48,416 nucleotides of DNA from Planctomycetota bacterium (GTDB taxonomy: Bacteria; Planctomycetota; UBA11346), in the NCBI GenBank assembly GCA_043788625.1, contig JAYVTR010000246.1:1-48416 (forward strand). Reading direction: 5' to 3'. Each line of letters begins with the position of its first letter. The stretch's first letter is position 1. Position numbers and translations under genes: made by a program. Below, one piece after another: positions 9,551 to 18,545 of this stretch. The notes beneath the pieces were generated by a model that saw only the letters and a list, made by a program, of their open reading frames with translations, had not been told where the DNA came from and made no database searches.

Positions 9551-10528
9551 TCAGGCCGCGGTCGGGGTTGGGCCAGGCGGAGGTGTCGGCGGCGGAATCA
9601 GCGGATCCTTTGACAGATAACAACTTGAGCTCGGATGACCGCCACCGCCACGGGCAGCGGCAATGGTGGCGCAATCGGCGGTGGGCATGCCGGCACGGGC
9701 CCCCGAGCGCAGCGAATGCACCCACATCGGCGCATTGCCCTTGCGATAGAACAGCACTGCCAGGTCGTAACCCAGGCCACCCTCGGTGAGCGGTTGGCAA
9801 ATGTATTCGCCAAGTTCGTTCTGATCCTTGAAGCAATTGACGGCCAAGGCGCGCAGGCCCTTCACGCCATACGCGTCATTGATGGCAACGCCGCTTTTGG
9901 CCGCTTCGACCACCCGCTGCCGTTGGGCTTCGATCAATGGCCGGCCACGGTCCGCCATGGCGCTCAGATCGGCTTCGAGCAGGCCGGCATAAAGGCTATT
10001 CGGATAAGCGTCAACTAATCCGGCGCAAATCACCCGGCTGTCGGGCAGCTGCCAGCGCCACAGATCTTTGTCGCGGATGTACTGCACCACCGGCGGCGGT
10101 GGCTGGCTGGGAAAAAGAGTTTTCCAGGTCAGGGAGGTGCCACATTCGTCGAGGTCGAAGACGCCCCAGCCGAGGGTGCGCCAGATGTCTTCGGCGCTGG
10201 CGTGGTGATCGATCCATAGCAGGTCGCTGGCCTGGGCTTTGAGTTGGCGCATGGCTTCCAAGGGGAAGCCAAAATCTACCAAGTAGACAGATCGGCCTTC
10301 AACTTTGGGCGGTGGGTTGCTGTATTGTACCGCTAGGAATTCGCAGTCAGGCATCTTGCGCGCCACGACCGCGGCGGCGCCACTGCCATCGAGGCAGTTT
10401 TTGTGGTAGATGCACAGGGGGCGGGGAGAAGGCACGCGAAGGGATGTATCGTCACTTGCCGCCGGGAAAGCGGCGCCTGCGATTTTGGGGATGTCTTCCA
10501 GCGCTATCCCGGCACCGTGGGGCGGCAT
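9551..10528 (-). CDS. DHH/DHHA1 phosphoesterase, NrnB-like nanoRNase family
   Basis: 'IYHKNCLDGSG', 'IDHHAS', 'DKDLWRW' and 'GGGGHPSSS' parallel the B. subtilis NrnB blocks (SHNDLDG, IDHH, DTWEW, GGGGHAKA). The start is uncertain: the ORF is open to 10609, with ATG at 10528 and GTG at 10435 as candidates. Pro-rich C-terminal tail. Confidence 0.7.
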   Translation of the reverse strand: MPPHGAGIALEDIPKIAGAAFPAASDDTSLRVPSPRPLCIYHKNCLDGSGAAAVVARKMPDCEFLAVQYSNPPPKVEGRSVYLVDFGFPLEAMRQLKAQASDLLWIDHHASAEDIWRTLGWGVFDLDECGTSLTWKTLFPSQPPPPVVQYIRDKDLWRWQLPDSRVICAGLVDAYPNSLYAGLLEADLSAMADRGRPLIEAQRQRVVEAAKSGVAINDAYGVKGLRALAVNCFKDQNELGEYICQPLTEGGLGYDLAVLFYRKGNAPMWVHSLRSGARAGMPTADCATIAAARGGGGHPSSSCYLSKDPLIPPPTPPPGPTPTAA

Positions 10529-11432
10529 GCGTGTTGCTGATGTTTTGTTGCCCGTGGCCGTGGCTTTGAATGTGACGGCCTTATTGCTGCCATTCGTCAC
10601 CGTCACCATCGGTGTGACCAGCGAAGATTACTCGCTGCTACATACCGTCAGTATGTTGTGGAAGGGCGGCTTCCCGGGGTTGGCGGCGCTGGTCGGGTTG
10701 TTTTCGGTGGCCTTCCCATTCGCCAAGCTGGTAGTGCTGGCGGGAGTCTGTTGGGGCGGGTGGTCGTCCCGTTGGGTGACCACCATCGGCAGCCTCGGCA
10801 AGTGGTCGATGCTCGATCTGTTCCTGGTGGTTTTGTTGCTCGCCGTGTCGTATGACCGGTTGCTGGTGGCGGCGACGCCCAAGTTGGGTCTTTTGGTATT
10901 TACCCTGGGGATTATCGCCTCGATGGTGGTCGGCGAATTGCTGCATCAGCCATTCGATCACCAGCCGGTGCTGGCCAAGAAATGGCGATGGATGGTGTTG
11001 TTCATGGCCATGATCGGCACCACCGCGTCGATGCTGCTGCCACTGTTTGCTACCGACGCCTGGTTCATGACCGATGTGGCTTATAGCCTACCCGGTATCG
11101 GACAGCGGTTGTTCGAGGTGGGTGCATGGGTGCCGGCGTGTGCGGTGGGATTGTTCCTCATCATCATGCCTGTGGTGCGCCTGGTGTTTTTGAGCCTGCT
11201 GGTGTTCGCCGGCCAGCGCTGGTCGCCGGCGGCACGTTTTGCCGGGCGATGGTCGATGTTGGAGCCTTTCGCCTTGGCGCTGGCCATTTTCATCATCGAA
11301 GGCAAGGCGACGCTGCCCTCGGCACTCGATCATGGTGGAATGGTTTTGATCGCTGCCATGGCAGTATCGGCGCTCTCGAGCACATATTTGACGCATCGTC
11401 GCGGCGGCTGGCAGATATCGACGGCAACCTAA
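10527..11432 (+). CDS. Paraquat-inducible protein A (PqiA) family integral membrane protein
   Basis: Two internal repeats each end in 'GKWSMLDLF' or 'GRWSMLEPF', with multiple TM helices. ATG at 10527; the ORF is open from 10410. Confidence 0.7.
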   Translation: MRVADVLLPVAVALNVTALLLPFVTVTIGVTSEDYSLLHTVSMLWKGGFPGLAALVGLFSVAFPFAKLVVLAGVCWGGWSSRWVTTIGSLGKWSMLDLFLVVLLLAVSYDRLLVAATPKLGLLVFTLGIIASMVVGELLHQPFDHQPVLAKKWRWMVLFMAMIGTTASMLLPLFATDAWFMTDVAYSLPGIGQRLFEVGAWVPACAVGLFLIIMPVVRLVFLSLLVFAGQRWSPAARFAGRWSMLEPFALALAIFIIEGKATLPSALDHGGMVLIAAMAVSALSSTYLTHRRGGWQISTAT

Positions 11433-11587
11433 CCGTTGGCAGGCCTGGAAATCACGTATAAAAGCAGGGTTACGTCGTCTGCGTGTGCATTTGTGCGGCA
11501 AACGCCGGCCACTGCCGTTCAGCGCTTGCCCATCGTAACCACAACCCATCATCTGCGCTCCATTTTCGCCAGTCAAGGACGCCAGCT

Positions 11588-13699
11588 ATGGCCATCAATC
11601 TCGCTAAGACACGCAATTTCGGCATCGTTGCCCATATCGACTCGGGCAAGACCACCGTGTCGGAGCGCATTCTCTACTACACCGGTAAAAAGCACAAGAT
11701 CGGTGAAGTGCACGACGGTGCAGCGTCAACCGACTGGATGAAGGAAGAGCAGGAGCGCGGCATCACCATCACCGCCGCCGCCGTCTTCGCCCAGTGGAAG
11801 CGCCATGGCGAAACCTACGACATCAATCTGATCGACACCCCTGGACACGTGGACTTCACCGCTGAAGTCGAACGCTCCTGCCGTGTGCTCGACGGTGCTG
11901 TGGTGGTGTTCTGTGCCGTAGCCGGTGTGCAGGCACAGTCGGAAACCGTATGGCGCCAAGCCAACAAGTACTCGGTGCCACGCTTGGTGTTCGTCAACAA
12001 GATGGACCGCATGGGCGCCAACTTCGATCGCGTAGTCGGTCAGGTGGAAGAGCGTTTAGGCGGCCATCCAGTGCCCATCCAAATGCCGATCGGTGCTGGC
12101 GACGATTTCCGCGCCATCATCAACCTGCTCGACATGAAGTACTACACCTTCGAAGGCGACAAGGGTGAAGATCAAATCGAGCACGAGATTCCCGCTGAAT
12201 TCCTCGAAGAAGCGAAGGCTCGTCGCGCCAAGCTGATCGACTCCGCCGCTTCAGGTTGCGGCGACGAAGAGATCGAGATGACCTATCTCGAAACCGGTGC
12301 GCTCAGCGATGAGCAGCTGCTCAAGGCCCTGTGCATCGGCACCATGACCTTCAAGTTGCAGCCGATGTTGTGCGGCGCGGCGCTGCGCAACAAGGGTGTG
12401 CAGTTGCTGCTCGACACCGTCGTCGACATCCTGCCCAACCCGCGGGATGCCCACTCGATCAAACAGTTCGAGCTGGAAGACGTGCTCAAGGCCAATCCGA
12501 TTCCGACCACGTGCGACAGCAAGGCGCCATTGCGCGCCATGGTCTTCAAGATCATGTCGATGCCGAACCTCGGCGACGTGTCATTCGTGCGCGTCTACCA
12601 GGGCATCATCAAGGAAGGCGACGCACTCACCTGCCAGCCTTCAGGCAAGGGCGAACGCGCCGCACGCATGGTCAAGCTGGTCGGCGTGGTGCCAACCAAG
12701 ATCGACGAAGCCCCAGCCGGCGACATCGTCGCCCTGGTCGGCCTCAAGAACACCCGCACCGGTGACACCCTGTGCATGGCTGACGATCAGCACCCGATGG
12801 CGCTCGAAGGCATCAGCTTCGCCAAGCCGGTGATCTCGATGGCCATCGAACCGGCGTCGAACAACGACAAGGAAAAGCTGGCCTATGCCCTGGCGCGTCT
12901 CGAACGCGAAGATCCGACCTTCAAGAAGTGGGTCGATCCAGAAACCAGCCAGGTCATCATCTCGGGTATGGGCGAGCTGCATCTCGAAGTGCTGCAGCAC
13001 CGCATCCGTGACGAATACAAGGTCGACGCCGTCATCGGCAAGCCCAAGGTCAGCTACCGCGAAACCATCACCAAGCAGATCCAGATCCGCGGCAAGCACG
13101 TCAAGCAGTCGGGTGGTCGTGGTCAGTACGGTGATTGTATCCTCATCATCCGTCCGCTCACCGACGAAGAGAAGGCTGCCGGCAACGAGTTCATCTGGGT
13201 CGACGGCACCAAGGGCGGCACGGTTCCCAAGGAATTCCGTCCAGCCGTCGAAGAAGGCGTGCGTTCGGAGTTGCAGCGCGGCTACCTCGCTGGCTTCCCG
13301 ACCATCAACGTCTACGCCGAGTTGATCGACGGTTCGTACCATGACGTCGACTCGTCGCAGGAAGCGTTCATCGCCGCCGGTCGCTTGGCCATCCGCGAAG
13401 CCTACCCCAAGCTCGGCTGCCAGCTGCTCGAGCCGTGGATGAAGGTCGAAGTCGAAAGCCCTGAGCAGTTCATCGGCTCGGTCATGGGCTCGTTGCAGTC
13501 CAAGCGCGCCATCATCACTGAAACCGTTGATCGCGGCACCAATAAGATCGTGCGCTGCGAAGTGCCGTTGGGCGAAATGTTCGGCTACACCACCGACCTG
13601 CGCTCGATGAGCCAGGGCCGTGCCGGCTACTCGATGGAGCCAAGCGAATACAAGCCAGTGCCGAACTCGATGGTCGAGAAGTTGGCGAAGAAAGCCTAA
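11588..13699 (+). CDS. fusA: Translation elongation factor G (stand-alone copy)
   Basis: '[15 protein letters not shown]', '[12 protein letters not shown]', '[11 protein letters not shown]', 'FVNKMDR' and a domain IV/V tail are all present. ATG at 11588 with AAGGA upstream. Confidence 0.9.
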   Translation: MAINLAKTRNFGIVAHIDSGKTTVSERILYYTGKKHKIGEVHDGAASTDWMKEEQERGITITAAAVFAQWKRHGETYDINLIDTPGHVDFTAEVERSCRVLDGAVVVFCAVAGVQAQSETVWRQANKYSVPRLVFVNKMDRMGANFDRVVGQVEERLGGHPVPIQMPIGAGDDFRAIINLLDMKYYTFEGDKGEDQIEHEIPAEFLEEAKARRAKLIDSAASGCGDEEIEMTYLETGALSDEQLLKALCIGTMTFKLQPMLCGAALRNKGVQLLLDTVVDILPNPRDAHSIKQFELEDVLKANPIPTTCDSKAPLRAMVFKIMSMPNLGDVSFVRVYQGIIKEGDALTCQPSGKGERAARMVKLVGVVPTKIDEAPAGDIVALVGLKNTRTGDTLCMADDQHPMALEGISFAKPVISMAIEPASNNDKEKLAYALARLEREDPTFKKWVDPETSQVIISGMGELHLEVLQHRIRDEYKVDAVIGKPKVSYRETITKQIQIRGKHVKQSGGRGQYGDCILIIRPLTDEEKAAGNEFIWVDGTKGGTVPKEFRPAVEEGVRSELQRGYLAGFPTINVYAELIDGSYHDVDSSQEAFIAAGRLAIREAYPKLGCQLLEPWMKVEVESPEQFIGSVMGSLQSKRAIITETVDRGTNKIVRCEVPLGEMFGYTTDLRSMSQGRAGYSMEPSEYKPVPNSMVEKLAKKA

Positions 13700-13737
13700 T
13701 CAGCTTCATCGGCAACCGCTTCCTGTTCAGCGGGACG

Positions 13738-13778
13738 CAAAAAAATACCCCGCGCCGTTTGGCGCGGGGTATTTTTTT
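13738..13778. terminator. Bidirectional rho-independent terminator
   Basis: An 11-bp perfect stem TACCCCGCGCC (13746-13756) / GGCGCGGGGTA (13761-13771) with a GTTT loop. It has an A-run upstream and a T-run (13772-13778) downstream. It sits between convergent fusA and the HxlR gene. Confidence 0.85.
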
Positions 13779-13788
13779 AAACTTCGCT

Positions 13789-14181
13789 TCAGGGCGTTTG
13801 AACACCCGCAGTTGCGGAAGTGGCCAAGCAGGGCGCATTATTATCTTTTTGTGCGATCTCCAGGTACGTCAGTCCCCAGTCGCGGATGGCGAAAAGCAGC
13901 GGACACAGGGATCTGCCAGCGGTGGAAAGCGCATATTCGACGCGCAATGGTGTGGCGTCCGCGGACACTGAGCGATTGATCAGCTGAGCGGTTTCTAGCT
14001 CCCGTAATTGACGGGTGAGCATGCGTTGAGTCACAGCTGGCGTTAAACGGCGTAGATCACTGAAGCGCTTCGGTTGGTCGATCAAGTGGAAGAGGATGAC
14101 GCTTTTCCATTTTCCACCAATCACTTCAAGGCATGCCTCGACCGGGCAGCCAAGATTTTTTCCATAATGTTGATGTGCCAT
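13789..14181 (-). CDS. HxlR family transcriptional regulator
   Basis: 'CPVEACLEVIGGKWKSVILFHL...PKRFSDLRR..P.VTQRMLTRQLRELE...LI.R' is the canonical HxlR winged helix. Confidence 0.85.
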   Translation of the reverse strand: MAHQHYGKNLGCPVEACLEVIGGKWKSVILFHLIDQPKRFSDLRRLTPAVTQRMLTRQLRELETAQLINRSVSADATPLRVEYALSTAGRSLCPLLFAIRDWGLTYLEIAQKDNNAPCLATSATAGVQTP

Positions 14182-14299
14182 AAGTCGCGGCGCCTGTTTG
14201 CTGTAGGAGGTTTCAGGGAGTATACTAACAGCTAAAAATGTGCCTACTGGTAATACGTGCAGCTTTTATAAAACGACGTCCCCCAAAGAAAGGCCTACT

Positions 14300-14809
14300 A
14301 TGTACGCTGCCGTTGTAACATTTTCACTTCTCGGATTCATCTGGGGGCTCACCTCATGTGAGTTGGCGGCAGAAGATAGCCTCACCATATCAAAATCGCA
14401 ACTTTACAGTGCGACTCCTGAACAAGTGTGGGGTCTGATCAAGAATTTCGATGCCATCCAAAAGTGGCATCCGGCAATCGCAACGAGCGAAATCACCAAG
14501 AACGGTGCCAATAAGATCGGTACCGTGCGTGTCTTGACCACCAAAGACGGAGCGCAAATCACCGAAGAGCTGCTGAAGTACGAAGACAAGGGGATGTCGT
14601 ATCAATATACGATCAAGAAGTCGCCGATGCCGCTGACCGATTTCGTTGCCGACATCACCATTGAAAAAGTCACCGGTGGGGCGCTGTTGGTGTGGAATGT
14701 GACGTGTAAAGCGGCGGCAAATACGCCGGATGAGAACGTGCGCGCCATGGTGGGCGGCTTTCTCGATGCCGGGATGGCAAAGATCAAAACGCTGCTCCAA
14801 GACCATTAA
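14300..14809 (+). CDS. SRPBCC (START/Bet v1-like) family protein, probable lipoprotein
   Basis: 'QVWGLIKNFDAIQKWHPAI...' and 'YQYTIKKSPMPLTDFVADITIE' fit the SRPBCC pattern. The N-terminal 'LLGFIWGLTSC' is lipobox-like. ATG at 14300 with AAAGAAAGG upstream. The gene is divergent from the HxlR gene. Confidence 0.7.
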   Translation: MYAAVVTFSLLGFIWGLTSCELAAEDSLTISKSQLYSATPEQVWGLIKNFDAIQKWHPAIATSEITKNGANKIGTVRVLTTKDGAQITEELLKYEDKGMSYQYTIKKSPMPLTDFVADITIEKVTGGALLVWNVTCKAAANTPDENVRAMVGGFLDAGMAKIKTLLQDH

Positions 14810-14850
14810 AAAGCGTATGCGCCAGCCGCTGACACGGTCGGCGAACGGAA

Positions 14851-14866
14851 AAAACGTTTTCGAAAA
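14851..14866. promoter_or_regulatory. Two overlapping 10-bp palindromes (AAAACGTTTT / TTTTCGAAAA) upstream of the island operon
   Basis: Read directly: AAAACGTTTTCGAAAA lies 63 nt upstream of the AsnB-like ATG, in the 119-nt gap after the SRPBCC gene. The operator or promoter role is inferred only. Confidence 0.3.
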
Positions 14867-14928
14867 TTGCAGGCATGCAGGACCAGCATTTTCGGACCAA
14901 CTTCTCAACTGCGAAACTAAGGGTTTCT

Positions 14929-16932
14929 ATGTGCGGCGTCACGGCGATTTGGGATATCAATAGTATCGATCGGGATAAGCGCGAGCGCATCGTTAAGATG
15001 ACCAATGCGCTTGCCCATCGCGGACCCAACAGCAAAGGCGCCTATGTGTCGCCAACATGTGCCCTAGGGCATGCACGGTTATCGATCATCGATATAGCCA
15101 GTGGCCAGCAGCCGTTTTCAATTGCTGGCTATACGATGGTCTTTAATGGAGAAATTTACAATTATATTGAATTGAAAGACCAGCTGACAGCACGCGGCCA
15201 TGTATTCATGACTGCCAGCGACACGGAGGTAGCCCTGAGATGCTACATGGAATATGGTGCTGATTGTTTCGCAAAGTTTAATGGCGAATGGGCAATCATT
15301 ATCTATGACAAGGTACGCACCAGATTGATAGTGGCCCGCGACCGCTACGGCATCCGCCCATTGTTCACCACCCAAGATCATCACGGCGTCGCTTATTTTT
15401 CGTCTGAGATAAAGTCATTCGATTATATTGAAGGATTTTCCAGGCAGTACGATCAGCAGGCCTTGATCGAACATGGGATGTTGTGGAATACTATTGGTGA
15501 GACGACTGTTTATAAGGGGGTTCAGTCGCTTTCCGCAGGTCATTATCGGGTTTATGAGAACAGCGACCATTTCACAGACCATCTCTATTATGAAATTGGC
15601 GAATCACTCGGGATGCGGCCAGAGCCGTCGTTTTCAGACGCTAGCGAACTCACCAGAAGCTTATTAAAAGACGCTATACGCCTGCGTTTGCGCACTGAGG
15701 TGCCCTACGGGGTTTACCTCAGTGGTGGAATCGATTCCTGCATCATAGCTGGGTTGGTCAAGGAACTGGCGCCCAGCGGTTTCAGTACCTATTCGGTGGC
15801 CTTCGATAATAAATCATTTGATGAAAGCTCTTATCAATCGCTGATGGTCGATCGGTTGCAATCACATCACCATCAGGTGGTGATCGATAACTCAGCGATC
15901 GAAGATAATCTGCAGCGGGTGGTACGGCACGTCGAGCGGCCTTTGTTTCGTACGGCTCCAGTGCCAATGTACCATCTGGCGAGGGCGGCGGCGAGCGACG
16001 GCATAAAAGTCGTGCTGACTGGTGAAGCAGCGGATGAGATATTCTGTGGCTATGACACTTTTAAAGAGGCGAAACTGTTAGAGTTTTGGGGTAAAGACAT
16101 CGCTTCTGAAATACGCCCGCACCTCATCAAGCGACTGTACCCGCATTTGGCCCATTATGGCAGCGGCAAACAATATGGCATGATGAAGATGTATTATCAA
16201 GGAATGGTCAAGAAAGTTGACCCGCTCTTTGGTGCCATGGCCATTCGTATGCACAATAACGAAGCTGTATTGGGACTGATGAATGGCGATTTCATCGGTG
16301 GTTATAGCCTGGATGCCACCCGCGAGAAAATGAAGTCGGTTTTGCCGAAAAACTGGGAAAAATTCTCAATATTACAAAAAACATCTTTCCGCGAGATGAA
16401 GACCCTGCTGGAGGGCTATTTATTGTCGTCACAAGGCGATCGGATGACCATGGCCAATGGTGTAGAGGGGCGTTATCCGTTTCTGGACCACCGCGTGGTC
16501 GAGCATGCGATATCCTTGCCTGATCGCTATAAGATGCCTGGATTCAACCAGAAATATATCCTGAAAAAGGCGTTCTCAGACCTCGTTCCGCACGCGATCG
16601 TGAATCGGCCTAAGCAACCCTATCAAGCACCGGACATCTATCCATTCATCGACGCAGACGGAAAGGTGAAGGAGTCGGTGGCCGGGTTTCTTTCCAAAAC
16701 GGAGATAGAAAATGCCGGCGTATTTGAATATAAAATGGTCGAGCAGTTTCTTGAAAAGATCAAGAGCCGTCGCAATGCTCAGTACGGGTACCGCGACAAT
16801 ATGTTGTTTGTATTCATGTTGACGACGCAAATGGCAATTAAACAGCGTGAACCGATCTACTCTACTTTTGATGAAGCTGAATTCCCAATACACCAAGAAC
16901 CGGAGCTTAGTTTAACTATGAGGCATTCATGA
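14929..16932 (+). CDS. Asparagine synthetase B-like glutamine-dependent amidotransferase (667 aa)
   Basis: 'MCG' gives the N-terminal Cys nucleophile. 'HRGPN', 'NGEIYN' and 'SDTEV' are GATase class II blocks. 'VYLSGGIDS' is the PP-loop of the synthetase domain. Confidence 0.9.
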   Translation: MCGVTAIWDINSIDRDKRERIVKMTNALAHRGPNSKGAYVSPTCALGHARLSIIDIASGQQPFSIAGYTMVFNGEIYNYIELKDQLTARGHVFMTASDTEVALRCYMEYGADCFAKFNGEWAIIIYDKVRTRLIVARDRYGIRPLFTTQDHHGVAYFSSEIKSFDYIEGFSRQYDQQALIEHGMLWNTIGETTVYKGVQSLSAGHYRVYENSDHFTDHLYYEIGESLGMRPEPSFSDASELTRSLLKDAIRLRLRTEVPYGVYLSGGIDSCIIAGLVKELAPSGFSTYSVAFDNKSFDESSYQSLMVDRLQSHHHQVVIDNSAIEDNLQRVVRHVERPLFRTAPVPMYHLARAAASDGIKVVLTGEAADEIFCGYDTFKEAKLLEFWGKDIASEIRPHLIKRLYPHLAHYGSGKQYGMMKMYYQGMVKKVDPLFGAMAIRMHNNEAVLGLMNGDFIGGYSLDATREKMKSVLPKNWEKFSILQKTSFREMKTLLEGYLLSSQGDRMTMANGVEGRYPFLDHRVVEHAISLPDRYKMPGFNQKYILKKAFSDLVPHAIVNRPKQPYQAPDIYPFIDADGKVKESVAGFLSKTEIENAGVFEYKMVEQFLEKIKSRRNAQYGYRDNMLFVFMLTTQMAIKQREPIYSTFDEAEFPIHQEPELSLTMRHS

Positions 16933-17201
16933 ATAATCTAAAACTGACAGGCGAAGACATCGAAGGCATGGTTATCGAATTCATCTGCCGAAACTTCATG
17001 GTCTCAAATCCGGATTCCATATGCCGGTCGAAGTCGCTTATCGATCAGGGAATCATAGATTCCTTCGGCCTGATCGAGATTGCGGCGTTCATGGACTCCA
17101 AGTTTTCAGTTACAGTCGAGGATATGGACATGCACAGCGGTAACTTCGGATCTGTCATTTCCATGACTGATTTCATCGCCAAGAAACTCGGTTCATCATG
17201 A
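16929..17201 (+). CDS. Free-standing acyl/peptidyl carrier protein (phosphopantetheine-binding)
   Basis: 90 aa. 'LIDQGIIDSFGLIEIAAFM' contains the (D/I)DS-hydrophobic carrier-protein serine motif. ATGA overlaps occur at both ends (16929-16932 and 17198-17201). Confidence 0.75.
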   Translation: MNNLKLTGEDIEGMVIEFICRNFMVSNPDSICRSKSLIDQGIIDSFGLIEIAAFMDSKFSVTVEDMDMHSGNFGSVISMTDFIAKKLGSS

Positions 17202-18262
17202 CCCAAAGTACATTCCTGCGGTGCAGTTCATGCGCTCTGACAAGCGGATTTCCAGGTATTGAATTCGACGATCAGGGGGTCTGCTCGCTATGCCGTGAGA
17301 AAGCTTTTTATAGCGCCTCCGATGCAATGATCGACCAAGCGCGCGAGCGTATTGGACAGATGTTCTCGTTCGGCAGCGATCGTGGAGAGTATGATGCCAT
17401 CGTCTGCTACAGTGGCGGTAAAGACAGTTCGTATACGCTATCTTTGGCGGTAAATAAATACAAATTGCGAGTACTCGCATTCACCCTAGATAATGGCCAT
17501 CTGTCGTCATACGCGCTCGACAACATCAACCGTGTGGTCGACAGTTTAGGCATTGATCACATAATGGTCCGCCCAGCCCAGCCGCATATGAAGGCGATCA
17601 TCAAGGCCAGTGCCTTGTACCCCATCTACAATCAGAAGACGTTGATGCGCATCTCATCGATTTGCCAGTCTTGCATTTCGATCGTCAATATCACCGCCAT
17701 CAAGTTTGCTCTGGAAAAAAAGGTTCGCTTCATTCTCGCAGGATTCACCTTGGGGCAGATTCCAACCAATGCCGTGGTCTACCAGAACAACTACAATTTC
17801 TTTAAAGAGAGCCGTAAGAGTTCTTTGGATAAATTGCGCAGTCATACCGGTGATTATGTTGACCGCTACTTCTGTCTCGATGAATCACTATTAAAAGAGG
17901 TCAAGGAATTCCCGTATAATATAAATCTGTTGTGCCTGGAAGACATCAGTGAAGACCAGATCGTCGAAGAAGTAAAGAAAATGGGTTGGCGTTCGCCTAA
18001 GGACGTAGATGGCTGCTCATCCAATTGCCGTCTGAACACGTTCAACAATATCGTTCATAAAAAAATCCATGGCTACAATCCGTACGAGCTCGAGCTCAGT
18101 CATTTGATTAGAAAAGGCCAGATCGGACGTGATCAGGCGATTGAAAAACTGGAAGACCAGCACGACGGCATCTATAGGAAGATTCTTGGTCAACTGGATC
18201 TGAATGAGGGTGATATCGATCAGGCGATCATCCGTAATTCAGAGGAATTCAAGGTTTCATAA
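17198..18262 (+). CDS. PP-loop ATP-pyrophosphatase of the N-acetyl sugar amidotransferase (WbuX/WbpG/PseA-like) family
   Basis: N-terminal 'CSSC...FPGIEFDDQGVCSLC' is a Zn-ribbon. 'YDAIVCYSGGKDSS' is a PP-loop. The C-terminal 'YELELSHLIRKGQIGRDQAIEKLE' matches the conserved tail of this family. Confidence 0.75.
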   Translation: MTQSTFLRCSSCALTSGFPGIEFDDQGVCSLCREKAFYSASDAMIDQARERIGQMFSFGSDRGEYDAIVCYSGGKDSSYTLSLAVNKYKLRVLAFTLDNGHLSSYALDNINRVVDSLGIDHIMVRPAQPHMKAIIKASALYPIYNQKTLMRISSICQSCISIVNITAIKFALEKKVRFILAGFTLGQIPTNAVVYQNNYNFFKESRKSSLDKLRSHTGDYVDRYFCLDESLLKEVKEFPYNINLLCLEDISEDQIVEEVKKMGWRSPKDVDGCSSNCRLNTFNNIVHKKIHGYNPYELELSHLIRKGQIGRDQAIEKLEDQHDGIYRKILGQLDLNEGDIDQAIIRNSEEFKVS

Positions 18263-18263
18263 A

Positions 18264-18545
18264 ATGTATGTGATCATATCTGGGGACGGCATAAACCCGG
18301 GAAGTTTCACCGCCACCTTGCGCGGTGAAATTCCCACCATTGGCCAATATGGTGGACGAGTGTTGGCGAAAAATTGCCAGTTCAGTTGTGAGCTGGGTGA
18401 TGGGACTCCAGAAATTTTGGCTATTCAACAGTGGCCAGACAGAGGGGCATTCAGCGCCTGGTGTTCATCTACGGAATATCAGCGGTGGGCTCAGCTGCAT
18501 GCGGATGCCTGTGATGTAAGTATCCTGGTGATGGAAGAGACATGA
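18264..18545 (+). CDS. DUF1330 domain protein
   Basis: 93 aa. 'QYGGRVLA' and 'ILAIQQWPDRGAFSAWCSSTEYQRWAQLHADACDVSILVME' follow the DUF1330 (dimeric alpha/beta barrel) pattern. Confidence 0.7.
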   Translation: MYVIISGDGINPGSFTATLRGEIPTIGQYGGRVLAKNCQFSCELGDGTPEILAIQQWPDRGAFSAWCSSTEYQRWAQLHADACDVSILVMEET

